From a virus (lineage: Duplodnaviria > Caudoviricetes): a DNA stretch of 57,400 nt. The notes under the pieces are model-generated. The model ran no database searches and was not told the origin of the DNA. It worked only from the letters and a program-made list of their open reading frames with translations. The stretch covers positions 1-57,400 of the IMG/VR virus record IMGVR_UViG_3300018432_000015. One strand, 5' to 3'. The translations under genes were made by a program, and so were the position numbers. Shown here piece by piece: positions 27,241-37,099 of the stretch (its first letter is position 1; each line of letters starts with the position of its first letter).

Positions 27241-29256
27241 GTGCCATCGCAGGGACCATACAGTCCCGCCAGCATTGTAAATAACAATACTGGCGGATTG
27301 ACCAACTGCCCTTGGGTCAATCCTTCCAACGCTGGCGCGTCAGACAACGCGTATGCCGAATCGGGAGTATTGCCCGGCGGCGGCACGTTCAGCAACCTAT
27401 CTGACTTTCTAGTCGCCACTGACTTTGGCTTCACAATTCCAACGAATGCCACAATCGATGGCATCTTGGTCGAAGCCGAAGTAAGCACCGACACGACGGG
27501 TGATGTCGTTCGCTTTCGCGCGAATCTCAAGAATGTTGGCGGTGGCAATCGCGACAAGAACCCGTACACAGTTCCAGGAAGCGACACGTATGAGTCTTTC
27601 GGCGGTGCCGCAGACTTGTGGAGCTCGTCGGCTATATATTCAGGAGTGAACTCAAGCACTTTTGGTGTTCAGTTTCAGCTCGCGTCTATTGCCGCTGGCG
27701 GTGACGCGCTGAATTTCCCAGTCAAGTGCGATCACATTCGCATAACGGTGTACTACACCGAAGCGACTATCACCAACAAGAACGCCGCTGACTCGCTCGA
27801 TGTTCAATTCTCCAGTGAGGCAGGTTCGCCGCGCTTCATAGATGCAGATGCAGACACGCTGGCGAGCGCAATCAGTGAAGCAGAAGTCGCGACAGTCAAG
27901 CCGTCTTCGACTGATTCGCTGGCAGTTGCTATCACCGATGCTGGTGCATTCATCGCAAAGCCGGTGTCGACCGACACACTATCTGTCGCACTGAGCGAAA
28001 CGGAAGACGTGACAGTAGGGCCGCTCGACACCGACACGCTCAATGTAGCGATCAGCGATGATCAGGTTGTTGGCATCGACGGGCTCTTCACCAGCACCGA
28101 CGCGCTCGCTATATCGCTCAACGAAGTAGAGTTTGCCGGATCATTCACGCCCGACAGTGACAGTATCGCCGTCGCGTTCAGCGATGAAGATACCGACTTG
28201 CTCATCACGACGCACAAGTCGGCGAACGACACAGTGTTGTCTGAGATTAGCGACGAGTTCGGTCATGACTTTGGACGCGTCGAGACTGACACGTTGTCTG
28301 TCGCGATCACAGAGTCGCAGCTGGCGACCGGCATCTTCGCTGAAGCGGATACGCTAGCATCATCGATGGCCGAAACAATGCTCGCGATCGAGCGACATCC
28401 GGACACTGAATCGCTCGCCGTCGCGATCGCTGACGCACCGCTGACCGGCATCACCGTTCACAACGACGATGCGCTCGGCGTGCGCATCGGCGATGCAGCC
28501 GTGTACGGCGTCATCATCTTTGAGGACGATGCTGACATCGACGTCGCGATCACTGAGACGCTCACGTACGAACGCGCTTGGATTGTATTCGACGCGATCG
28601 ACGTCACAGTGACCGAGACTCACACTACAAGCGTCGATGCATTCGGTGGCGACTTCGTCAACGTTCGACTAGCCGATATGCCGCTCGCGACGCGCGCGCT
28701 CGGTGACGCGGACGCGCTGGCTGTCGTGATCGTCGATGTCGGTACGGCAGTCGGAACCACGCACGGCACAGACGCGTTGGCGGTTGCAATCGCGGATGTC
28801 GCCACCGACGAAGAGATTCCGTTTGTCAAGACGCAGGGCGATGCTCTGTCTGTCACACTCCCCGAAGCCACGGCCATCGCTCGAGAGACCGCAGCCACTG
28901 ACGCGATGGCCGTGGCGATCGGAGAGGTTTGGTCGACTCAGTATGTCGCATTGGCTGGTGCGGACACGCTCGCTGTTGCACTGAGCGAGTTGGCTGCGGT
29001 TTCGCGCGAAGTGACGACAGCTGATGTGCTTGCTCTCTCGCTGGCCGAAGCCACCACGCCGCTCACGCTGAGACTTGTCGGCATCGATGCGCTCGGCATC
29101 GCGTTCCAATACGAGACGCCGATCATCTTTACTGCCGGTCCTGTCGTCGACTCGTTTATCTTCGAGTTCGTCGCGCCGGTCGTTGAAGCTGACCTCGAGC
29201 TCGCGCAACTGTTCAATGCGGATGTGATCTTGCAGGGACCAAGAAAGCGTCTCTAG
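27241..29256 (+). CDS. Fibre-like protein with about 20 degenerate ~20-aa acidic repeats
   Basis: D(T/A/S)L(A/S)VAI(S/T)(E/D) recurring about every 20 aa from ~27790 to 29110. Confidence 0.75.
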   Translation: MPSQGPYSPASIVNNNTGGLTNCPWVNPSNAGASDNAYAESGVLPGGGTFSNLSDFLVATDFGFTIPTNATIDGILVEAEVSTDTTGDVVRFRANLKNVGGGNRDKNPYTVPGSDTYESFGGAADLWSSSAIYSGVNSSTFGVQFQLASIAAGGDALNFPVKCDHIRITVYYTEATITNKNAADSLDVQFSSEAGSPRFIDADADTLASAISEAEVATVKPSSTDSLAVAITDAGAFIAKPVSTDTLSVALSETEDVTVGPLDTDTLNVAISDDQVVGIDGLFTSTDALAISLNEVEFAGSFTPDSDSIAVAFSDEDTDLLITTHKSANDTVLSEISDEFGHDFGRVETDTLSVAITESQLATGIFAEADTLASSMAETMLAIERHPDTESLAVAIADAPLTGITVHNDDALGVRIGDAAVYGVIIFEDDADIDVAITETLTYERAWIVFDAIDVTVTETHTTSVDAFGGDFVNVRLADMPLATRALGDADALAVVIVDVGTAVGTTHGTDALAVAIADVATDEEIPFVKTQGDALSVTLPEATAIARETAATDAMAVAIGEVWSTQYVALAGADTLAVALSELAAVSREVTTADVLALSLAEATTPLTLRLVGIDALGIAFQYETPIIFTAGPVVDSFIFEFVAPVVEADLELAQLFNADVILQGPRKRL

Positions 29257-29274
29257 AGTACAATAGATCGTAGG

Positions 29275-29604
29275 ATGGACTACATCAAGCGCGGCGACGA
29301 TTTCCAGTTCCTCGCCAAGTCGGTGCACAGCCGTCGCACGCAAGCACTCCTGCCATCGGCAACGGTGGCGTGGCGCTTGATCACGAAAGGTGGCGCGGCG
29401 TTAGGAGCCGGAAGCACCGGCAACATGACGCAGTATGATGTCGACAACAATCATTTCGAAGCGTTTGTCCCGCGCGCGCTCACGGCCACGCTGGACAAGT
29501 ATGGTCAGTATGTCCTCGAGATCGTCGTCACCAATTCCGGCCTCCAGACCACCAAGCAGATAGAGCTCACCGCTGTGGATGTCGTCCCAGCGGTCGCACC
29601 ATAG
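29275..29604 (+). CDS. BppU-like baseplate/adaptor domain protein
   Basis: YIKRGDDFQF start; GQYVLEIVVT end. Confidence 0.55.
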   Translation: MDYIKRGDDFQFLAKSVHSRRTQALLPSATVAWRLITKGGAALGAGSTGNMTQYDVDNNHFEAFVPRALTATLDKYGQYVLEIVVTNSGLQTTKQIELTAVDVVPAVAP

Positions 29605-29614
29605 GAGAAGCAGC

Positions 29615-29830
29615 GTGGAAGCGAACATCGAGGCCTTCATCGCCGGCGAGGGCAACGCCGTTACGTTCAGCCGGAACGAGACCGACCATGTCTTGTGCGT
29701 TGCGCGCGTGGGCGAAGAGGGAGCAACGTACGAAGGTGTCGGCAATACACCGTTCGCCGCGTTGTTCACCGCCGCGACCAAGGCACAGCAAGAGACGACG
29801 CGCAGTGCGAATCCTCATCTCGAGCCATGA
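29615..29830 (+). CDS. Hypothetical protein
   Basis: AGGAG SD before GTG. Confidence 0.55.
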   Translation: MEANIEAFIAGEGNAVTFSRNETDHVLCVARVGEEGATYEGVGNTPFAALFTAATKAQQETTRSANPHLEP

Positions 29831-30693
29831 TCGAAGACGCACAGATCATCGAGTGGTTGCTTCGCTACGGCTATCTTCCCAAGGAAGAAGCTCTCGGCGC
29901 CGCATTGACTCTTCAAGACAATGTCGTGCGCGATGCCGTTGCTCATGCGCAAGAGTTCGGCTTCTATCCGCTCAACGCAATCTGCATGCTGCGTCACGGG
30001 CGTCCATTGACTTCCGACGGCGACATTGGACCGGCCACTCGAGAGCTCTTCTCGCTCGAGCGCTGCGAGGTCCCTGACTTCGGCTCGATGAGCGGACGCG
30101 GTGGTGGTGGAAGCTGGCCGATCCTGTGCCAGAAGAGCGGCATCAAGATGTTCGTCGACTTGACGAACTGTCCCGTACGCGAAGCATGGCCGCAGATACT
30201 CGTCGACGTCGTCGAGGCGTATCGTTTGATGGGTCTGCGAGTCATACAAGTCAACTCGCTCGCGGAGTGCAACGTCCATGTGTACTGGCGCTCGTTCTTC
30301 GGCGGCACCATCGGGTTGGCCGAATTCAACGGCCGCACTTGCGTCGACCGCGTGTTCTGCTCGATGAGCATGTCGTATCGCGGTGAGAATCGCGGCCTGT
30401 TCAAGCACGAGTTCGGACACAACTGCAACTTGAATCACACGCGCGGCGGCACGATGAACCCGTACATCATCGCCGAGCAACACCCGAGAGCATTCTGGAC
30501 TCCGGGCGATCCCAGCTATTCAACACTTGTTCGATACTTCGATGGCATTCCAGTCGGCGAGCCGGGCCCGGGCCCGGGTCCGGGTCCGGGTCCGGGTCCG
30601 GTCGATCCGCCGCCGCCACCGCCACTGCCCACACCTGAACCACGTCCGCGCCGTCCGCTGTTGGACTGGTTGTGGAAATGGTTCTCCACTTGA
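29827..30693 (+). CDS. Matrixin (M10/MMP-like) metallopeptidase with prodomain
   Basis: WLLRYGY…DGDIGPAT, cysteine switch ERCEVPD, HEFGHNCNLNH, Met-turn TMNP, Pro-Gly tail. Confidence 0.85.
   Translation: MIEDAQIIEWLLRYGYLPKEEALGAALTLQDNVVRDAVAHAQEFGFYPLNAICMLRHGRPLTSDGDIGPATRELFSLERCEVPDFGSMSGRGGGGSWPILCQKSGIKMFVDLTNCPVREAWPQILVDVVEAYRLMGLRVIQVNSLAECNVHVYWRSFFGGTIGLAEFNGRTCVDRVFCSMSMSYRGENRGLFKHEFGHNCNLNHTRGGTMNPYIIAEQHPRAFWTPGDPSYSTLVRYFDGIPVGEPGPGPGPGPGPGPVDPPPPPPLPTPEPRPRRPLLDWLWKWFST
30563..30600 (+). repeat. Pro-Gly coding hexamer microsatellite
   Basis: (CCGGGY)n encoding PGPGPG…. Confidence 0.8.
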
Positions 30694-30705
30694 GAGGCTC
30701 ATGAC

Positions 30706-31083
30706 ATGACGAAGGCGATTCCGTCCGAAGGCAACGCAGGCGTTCGTGAGAACGTCGCGCAAGCACGTGAACTGCTGGAGAAGATTCTTTCCTTCGGCCC
30801 GCAAGTTCCTGAGTTCACGAATCACATCCAGGTGGCCGGCACCGAGCTAATGGCCGCGAAAGAGATGGTAAGCAAGCACTTCGGTCTCGGTCACCAGACG
30901 ATCACGATCACCATCGAAGAAGTCTGCGAGCAAGATCAAGAGTGCAAGCGGCTTGTCGAGCGCATTGAACAGCAGACGGGCGTCAGCGCCGGCGATCGCA
31001 AAGGCTTCCGGGACATTTTGACGATGCTGCTCCAAAACCCTGCGCTCATCACGCTGCTGCTGAGCTGGTTCAAAACGACCTGA
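30706..31083 (+). CDS. Hypothetical protein with hydrophobic C-terminus
   Basis: GAGG SD; ILTMLLQNPALITLLLSWF. Confidence 0.65.
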   Translation: MTKAIPSEGNAGVRENVAQARELLEKILSFGPQVPEFTNHIQVAGTELMAAKEMVSKHFGLGHQTITITIEEVCEQDQECKRLVERIEQQTGVSAGDRKGFRDILTMLLQNPALITLLLSWFKTT

Positions 31084-31141
31084 GCTGCAAAGCGACGCGG
31101 CGCGTGTTGGTGACTTGACATTAGTTTCTCTGGAGGCTCAC

Positions 31142-31897
31142 ATGAGATCGCTGCTGTTCTTGTTGATCGCGACGTCGGCGCTTGCGCAGGTGCCGCCGAC
31201 TGTTCCGTCGTCGCCGCCGACCGAGGCGACGCGAGTCTACCCGTCGAAGTCCGAGCTTGCAGTGGCCGTGCTTCGCTCGCGCGAGGCGAAGAGCCAGTGG
31301 CGAGTCTTTGCGATCGACTTCGACCAGCGAACGTTCGTTAACGTGCAGCCGGAAGTGATCGAAGATGGCATGACCTGCGTCATTGAAGGACCAGCCGGGT
31401 CTCAATGTGCAGTCATGCGCTTCGGTCCTGACGGCACGCAGAAAGACACGAACGTCATCGTGCTCGGCGGCGCTCGGCCACCTCCGAAGCCGCCGGTGAC
31501 GACCCCGGAGAACCCAACAAACCCTCCTCTACCCGCACCCGGGCTTCCGCTGACCGGGATGCGGGTTCTCATCTTGGAGGAGCGGAACCCCGCATCGCCT
31601 CTCCCTCTGACGCTCCAGCGAGCGCTACAGTCGCGAGAAGTCCAAACGTATTTGGACATCAAAGCGCTCAACTCGGACGGGTCCCGCCGATGGCGCCGGC
31701 TCGACCCAACGTCGTCGCTGGCCAACCTATCTCCCGAGTGGCAAGCCCTCCGAGCGGCGGTGCCAACTACTATCGACCAGCCTCAGGTGGTAATCGCGGG
31801 CTCTTCGGCTGGCGGCGTTGAAACCGTTGCGTTCGTCGGACCGTATCCCGACGACGAAGCGAAGGCGCTTGAGTTATTCAAGAAGTACGGCGGCTAA
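31142..31897 (+). CDS. Secreted Pro-rich two-domain protein
   Basis: Signal MRSLLFLLIATSALA-Q; Pro-rich linker; GGAGG SD. Confidence 0.75.
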   Translation: MRSLLFLLIATSALAQVPPTVPSSPPTEATRVYPSKSELAVAVLRSREAKSQWRVFAIDFDQRTFVNVQPEVIEDGMTCVIEGPAGSQCAVMRFGPDGTQKDTNVIVLGGARPPPKPPVTTPENPTNPPLPAPGLPLTGMRVLILEERNPASPLPLTLQRALQSREVQTYLDIKALNSDGSRRWRRLDPTSSLANLSPEWQALRAAVPTTIDQPQVVIAGSSAGGVETVAFVGPYPDDEAKALELFKKYGG

Positions 31898-32220
31898 TGT
31901 CGATGAACGCAGCAGACGAGCGAGCCAGCGAGCTTGAAGCGGCGGCCGAGAGATTGGCCTCGGTCAAGCTCGCATCGGACGAGCTGAGGTTCGCGCGCGA
32001 AGAGCGTCGTGAGAAGCGAAGAGAGACTCGAATCATCATCCTGGGACTGTTTGTCGCGCTGCCAGGAATCATCGGAGCTTGCGTCGGCGGCGCGAACATG
32101 GTCAAGTTGGACACAACGCACGACTTGGTGAACAGTCGAATGACTGAGCTGCTGGAGATAGTTGGAAAGAAGAGTCACGCAGAAGGCGTCGTCGAAGGCC
32201 GAAACACGAAAGGCAAGTAG
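31897..32220 (+). CDS. Single-pass membrane protein
   Basis: IIILGLFVALPGIIGACV. Confidence 0.65.
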   Translation: MSMNAADERASELEAAAERLASVKLASDELRFAREERREKRRETRIIILGLFVALPGIIGACVGGANMVKLDTTHDLVNSRMTELLEIVGKKSHAEGVVEGRNTKGK

Positions 32221-32221
32221 C

Positions 32222-33133
32222 ATGGCAAGCAAGATCATCACGGCACTGGACATCGATCCGCGCATCCAAGTCATCACCGACGACAACTGGCGCGATGCCG
32301 TCGTGCCGCCGTCGTCAACCGGCGAGGAGTGGTCGGCCACCGGATACGTCCCGCGCGACGAGCATGCGCAGCCGTACGGCGCGGTCGTCGGAAGCACGAC
32401 GATCCCAGCTTGGGTGATGAGCCAGTACGGGACGCGTCAAGCGCGCAAGGAACGGATGGCCGAGCTCAAGGCCAAAGGCATGCGCGTGCAGGACATCTTG
32501 CAGCGCGCCATCGAGCGGACTGGCAAAAATAAGTACGTCGGGCTCAACCAGAACCCAACAAACTATTGTTGGACGTACGGGCTGATTCACCAGATCATGG
32601 CCGAGCGTGAGATGAACGGCGAACCGTTTCTTCGCTTGTCGCCCTACAGCGTCGCATGCATCGTCAAGAACTTTCAGAATCAAGGCGGCTGGGGCACGCA
32701 AGCTTGCCAACAGATCATCAAGGACGGCGTGGCGACAGAAGAATTCTGGCCAATGGAACGGCCCGGCATGAGCGCGTCCGAGCGCAGCGCGGCTAACATG
32801 AACGCGATCCGCAACGGCCGCCAGTATCTCCAGACGTCGCGTGCGAACGCCGCGCTGAAGAAGGTGACCGAGTACTGGGAACTTAAGCCGCGCAGTTGGG
32901 AAGAGAAGGCCGCGTGTCTCTGCATTCCGCATCCGGTCGCGTCCGGCTACAACTGGATGGGTCATGAGCGCTGCTCAATCGACTTGTGCGAATTGTCGAA
33001 CGGCGACGAAGGCTGCGTTGACCAAGATTCGTACACGCAAGACGGTGGACTCGACCTGAAGATTCTCTCGTCCAGTCGTGGGGCCGCGGACGACCAGGTG
33101 GTCGCACTCGTGTCACAGCCCAGCGACGTTTAA
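32222..33133 (+). CDS. Papain-like (C1) cysteine peptidase
   Basis: QNPTNYCW, LSP, QGGW, WMGH, QDSY (degenerate NSW). Confidence 0.75.
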   Translation: MASKIITALDIDPRIQVITDDNWRDAVVPPSSTGEEWSATGYVPRDEHAQPYGAVVGSTTIPAWVMSQYGTRQARKERMAELKAKGMRVQDILQRAIERTGKNKYVGLNQNPTNYCWTYGLIHQIMAEREMNGEPFLRLSPYSVACIVKNFQNQGGWGTQACQQIIKDGVATEEFWPMERPGMSASERSAANMNAIRNGRQYLQTSRANAALKKVTEYWELKPRSWEEKAACLCIPHPVASGYNWMGHERCSIDLCELSNGDEGCVDQDSYTQDGGLDLKILSSSRGAADDQVVALVSQPSDV

Positions 33134-33146
33134 GTAGGAGGCTCTC

Positions 33147-33314
33147 GTGAAGTTTGTATTGTCACTGCTGCTCGTGGCGCTGTTCGTCGGCGACGCGAGC
33201 GCATTCTGCGGCGGTCGAGCTCGTGCTCGTCGCGCTGCTCGTCGGTCGTCTGTTTCGTCGATACAAAGCGCTCCCGTCGGCGCGTGCCATGGAAGCGCAT
33301 GCAATTTCCGCTGA
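33147..33314 (+). CDS. 55-aa secreted Arg-rich peptide with C-terminal CHGSAC
   Basis: Not in track; AGGAGG SD, GTG start, MKFVLSLLLVALFVGDASA signal. Confidence 0.65.
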   Translation: MKFVLSLLLVALFVGDASAFCGGRARARRAARRSSVSSIQSAPVGACHGSACNFR

Positions 33315-33335
33315 AGTGTTTGCCAGTCGTGAGCC

Positions 33336-33382
33336 GGGCGTCGGGCAGGTAGGGAGGCAACTTCTTAGCCTGCCCGACGTCT
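33336..33382 (+). other. Long GC-rich hairpin with GCAA tetraloop
   Basis: GGGCGTCGGGCAGG…CCTGCCCGACGTCT plus inner TAGGGAG/CTTCTTA. Confidence 0.65.
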
Positions 33383-33402
33383 TTATGGAGCCTTGAAACG
33401 CA

Positions 33403-33933
33403 ATGCACATCGAAGACATCGTGAAAGCTTTTGTCATCTATGTTGCACCGTTCGTCATCTGGACGATGACGATGCTTGCGCAGGTGCCGGTGCTCGAGCC
33501 TGGACTCGTCCAATTGATCGGCAACGGTCTCACGATCGTTGTGCTCGCTTGGTACGTCGTGTACGACGTGCGGACGCGGACGCCGGCGATGATCACGGCT
33601 TTCAAGGAAGAGCAGGCTGAAGCGCGCAAGATGGCGACTGCTCAGCTGATGGCTTTCGCGATCGAGCAGAACGCGCAACGAGCAGCTGCCGAGGCAGCAT
33701 TGGACAAAGTGCGCGCTCTGTTCATGCAAGAGCAAGCACAGATGCGCGAAGCGTTCTCTCGAGAGCATTCGAAGATTCACGAGCACTACCGCGAAGAGCT
33801 AGCCGACTATCGCGCCATGGTCAGCGACCTCATGGGCAAATTTCGCGACGCGGTCCACGACGTACGCGGCGTGGGTCAGCAAGTGGTCGGCGCGGCCGAT
33901 CTAGCGGTGAAAGAAGTGTCCAAGAAGCTATGA
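33403..33933 (+). CDS. Membrane protein with coiled coil (holin-like)
   Basis: Two N-terminal hydrophobic segments; just upstream of terL. Confidence 0.55.
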   Translation: MHIEDIVKAFVIYVAPFVIWTMTMLAQVPVLEPGLVQLIGNGLTIVVLAWYVVYDVRTRTPAMITAFKEEQAEARKMATAQLMAFAIEQNAQRAAAEAALDKVRALFMQEQAQMREAFSREHSKIHEHYREELADYRAMVSDLMGKFRDAVHDVRGVGQQVVGAADLAVKEVSKKL

Positions 33934-35204
33934 TGCCGCTCACGCCAGCATGGTTCCCGCTCAAGCCGCATCCGGTGCAGTCGGATTTGTGGCGCACGAG
34001 CTCGCGCTTTGTGGCAGTATATGCGGGCCGTGGTTCCGGCAAGACGCTTCTGGCTCGTCGACGAGTGGTGCGCTTCCTCAACGTCAAAAAACCTTGGCCG
34101 GACCCGATCTACTTCTACGCGCTTCCAACGCGCGACCAAGCGCGACGCGTCGCGTGGCCGGCGCTGAAGGCTCTCGTGCCCAAGCATTGGCTGACAACGG
34201 AACCGAGCGAGAGCGAGATGAGCATCTCGACGATCTTCGGCTCAAAGCTCTACCTTGTCGGGATGGACAAGCCGCAGCGCATCGAAGGCAACCAATGGGA
34301 TGGAGGCGTCATCGATGAATCTTCTGATCATAAGCCAAAGTCATTCGATCTCAGTGTACGACCGGCGCTCTCTCATCGCAATGGTTGGTGCTGGCGCATT
34401 GGTGTCCCAAAAAGAACTGGCTGCGGCGCGATTGACTTTAAAGAGTGGTGCCTTGACCGAGCAGAAGCAACTTTCACGTGGCCGAGCGAAGACATCCTGC
34501 CGCCCGAAGAGATTGCTGAAGCGCAGGCGCAGCTAGACCCGCGGGATTTCAACGAGCAGTATCGAGCGAGTTGGGAGACTGCATCCGGTCTCGTGTTCCA
34601 CGCGTTCTCGGATGTCTTGAACGTCAACCCGAAAGTACAATACAACCGAGACTTGCCGCTTCTCGTCGGGTCGGACTTCAATGTCGATCCTATGGCGTGG
34701 GTGGTCGCGCAGCAGTTCGGCCCTGAGATGCATGTGCTCGATGAGCTCTTCCTTCGCAACTCGAATACGCAGCTCGCTCTCGCGGAATTGCACCGTCGCT
34801 ACGCGAGTCATACTGCGGGCGTTCGCTTTTACGGCGATGCAACAGGACGCGCGCGCAAGACTTCCGCGACGGAATCCGACTACGTGCAGATCAGAAACTT
34901 CGCCGGCTTCAAAGATTCGAAGGTGTTCTATCCGCGGGCGAACCCGGCGGTGGCCGACCGATTCGCCGCAACCAATGCGATGTTCTGCAACGCAGCTGGC
35001 GTGCATCGTTTGTACATTCATCCGCGATGCAAGAATTTGATCAAAGACCTCACCAATCGGGCGTACAAGCCTGGGAGCAACGAGCCCGATGATCATGGCG
35101 ACGTCGGTCACATAACGGACGCGCTTGGTTACCTGATATATTGGCTGCACCCGCTGCACGTGAAGTTGTTCGACAAGGCGCCCGAAGTCAGGATGATTCA
35201 GTAA
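33930..35204 (+). CDS. terL: Terminase large subunit
   Basis: AGRGSGKT, VIDE, GSDFN, HITDALGY. Confidence 0.95.
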   Translation: MMPLTPAWFPLKPHPVQSDLWRTSSRFVAVYAGRGSGKTLLARRRVVRFLNVKKPWPDPIYFYALPTRDQARRVAWPALKALVPKHWLTTEPSESEMSISTIFGSKLYLVGMDKPQRIEGNQWDGGVIDESSDHKPKSFDLSVRPALSHRNGWCWRIGVPKRTGCGAIDFKEWCLDRAEATFTWPSEDILPPEEIAEAQAQLDPRDFNEQYRASWETASGLVFHAFSDVLNVNPKVQYNRDLPLLVGSDFNVDPMAWVVAQQFGPEMHVLDELFLRNSNTQLALAELHRRYASHTAGVRFYGDATGRARKTSATESDYVQIRNFAGFKDSKVFYPRANPAVADRFAATNAMFCNAAGVHRLYIHPRCKNLIKDLTNRAYKPGSNEPDDHGDVGHITDALGYLIYWLHPLHVKLFDKAPEVRMIQ

Positions 35205-35211
35205 AATACGC

Positions 35212-36624
35212 ATGAGTCTACTCAGCTCAATCCGAAGCTTCATCGGTCGTCGTCCGGCGATGTCACTTGACCTCGATCCCGGCGTCGAGCCTCATGTCCC
35301 ACGCGTCGAGTGGACCGGCCCGCAGTCGGGCGAGCGCATCGGAATGGAGGGCTCGCTTTCGAAGCAGCACGATCTTGGTCTGAACTTTTACAAGAAAGTT
35401 CGCAAGATTCGTCGCGACCCGACGATCAAGCTTGCGCGTGAATTCGCCGTCGCTCCGTTCCTCGCGGCCAAATGGTCCTACGATGCGGATGACACCGCGC
35501 CCGAAGGAGCAAAGGAACTCGTCGAGAAGGCGATGAACAAAGTGCGCAACACTCTGCTGCGCACGTCGGTCCTCGGCTGCATCGACTACGGATGGCAATC
35601 GTTCGAGAAGATATGGGTCGATGGACCCGACGGTCATTGGGGCTTCGAGCTCAAGCCGCTGATGCCCGACATCACCGAGATCATCGTCGACCCGAAGACC
35701 GGCAAGTACGTTGGGCTCGAACAGAACCCACTGACCATCGGCGGCGTGCGATTCGGGTTCGAGGACAAAGTGTTCCTGTCATCGAACAATGCAGTGCTCA
35801 TCAACATCGACGTCGAGGGCACGGGTTGGTACGGTGAGCCCGTCATGAAGGCGCTCGAGCAGCTGTGGGATGAGCAGCAAGGTATCCAGAAATCCGCGCG
35901 CAAGTACGATGCAAAAGTGGCCGGATCACACTGGGTCGTGTATTACCCGCTCGGCGTGTCGAAACTGAACGGTCAAGACGTCGACAACGGCGAGGTGGCT
36001 GCGACGCTCATCAAGAACATCGAAGCCATGGGCGGCATCGCGATTCCACGCTCGGTCGTTGAAGTCACTGACTCGCTGAACGCAGCGGCAGGCAACAACG
36101 AAGCTCTCATGTGGAAGGTCGAGCTGCTGTCCGACGAGGGCAGCGGGCAGGCGCCGTTCCTCGAGCGATTCAAGTATCTCGACACGCTGAAGGTGCGCGC
36201 GTTCGGATTCCCGGAGCGAGCGATGCTCGAGGGCCAGTTCGGCACCAAGGCGGAAGCCGAGGCGCATGCCGACTTGGCGCTAGTCAATCTCGAGTGCAAG
36301 CACGAGATGTACTGCGAACAATTCAATCGGCAACTGGTCGAGTCGTTCCTCGAGTACAACTACGGCCCGGAGTGCTGCGACTGCATTCGAATCAAGCCGG
36401 CACCGCTGGCCGACCGTGACAAGGCGATGCTGACCGAACTATACAAGCTGCTGCTGGCCAGTCCCGAAGCCTTCGCTGCGGAGCTGCCCAGCATCGATCT
36501 CAAGGCCATACGAGATCGGATCGGGGTCCCGGAAGCCGCCTTCGTGCCGACATACCAAGACGACATGACAGCCTTGGATGGCTTCGAGGAGCCTCTCATG
36601 GAGCCATTCGATGTCGTACAGTAG
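35212..36624 (+). CDS. Portal protein (Mu gp29/DUF935-like)
   Basis: Position after terL; YGWQSFEKIW, WYGEP. Confidence 0.85.
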   Translation: MSLLSSIRSFIGRRPAMSLDLDPGVEPHVPRVEWTGPQSGERIGMEGSLSKQHDLGLNFYKKVRKIRRDPTIKLAREFAVAPFLAAKWSYDADDTAPEGAKELVEKAMNKVRNTLLRTSVLGCIDYGWQSFEKIWVDGPDGHWGFELKPLMPDITEIIVDPKTGKYVGLEQNPLTIGGVRFGFEDKVFLSSNNAVLINIDVEGTGWYGEPVMKALEQLWDEQQGIQKSARKYDAKVAGSHWVVYYPLGVSKLNGQDVDNGEVAATLIKNIEAMGGIAIPRSVVEVTDSLNAAAGNNEALMWKVELLSDEGSGQAPFLERFKYLDTLKVRAFGFPERAMLEGQFGTKAEAEAHADLALVNLECKHEMYCEQFNRQLVESFLEYNYGPECCDCIRIKPAPLADRDKAMLTELYKLLLASPEAFAAELPSIDLKAIRDRIGVPEAAFVPTYQDDMTALDGFEEPLMEPFDVVQ

Positions 36625-37099
36625 CGTCGATGACCTATACAACTTGTTCGGTCGCATCAACATTCGCAAGTGGGCCGATCTGGACAACCACGGCGACGAT
36701 GATACCATCGACGCTCGCGTCGCGTGGGCGCTCGAACAAGCGAACGACGAATTGAATTCTCGCCTGGCTCGTAGTCCGTACCAGTTCCCACTCACGGGAA
36801 CGATCCCACCGATCGTCAAGCGCGTCGAGGGCTATCTGGCGGCGATGTTGCTCAACGAAGGCCGGTCGATCACGGATACGGACGAAGACGTCGGTGACCT
36901 GAAGAGCATCGCCAAGCGAGTCATGGCGTTCGTCAATGGAGTGAAGCTAGGTACGATACAGATCACCGGGATCACTCCGGTCGTGGCTGCGACTGAGATA
37001 CCGTTCGCCGTGAACGACTTCCCGCAGGTGCGCTTTCCGGCCACTGAAGAGACGTGGTATGATTCGTTCTATCGCGAATGGGAAGGGTGGGACCTATGA
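36611..37099 (+). CDS. Head-tail connector (Mu gp36/DUF1320-like)
   Basis: MSYSSVDDL…ALEQANDELNSRL…YQFPL. Confidence 0.75.
   Translation: MSYSSVDDLYNLFGRINIRKWADLDNHGDDDTIDARVAWALEQANDELNSRLARSPYQFPLTGTIPPIVKRVEGYLAAMLLNEGRSITDTDEDVGDLKSIAKRVMAFVNGVKLGTIQITGITPVVAATEIPFAVNDFPQVRFPATEETWYDSFYREWEGWDL

Noticed and set aside
27241-29256. Diversity-generating retroelement target
   Set aside because: No reverse transcriptase and no template/variable repeat pair seen.
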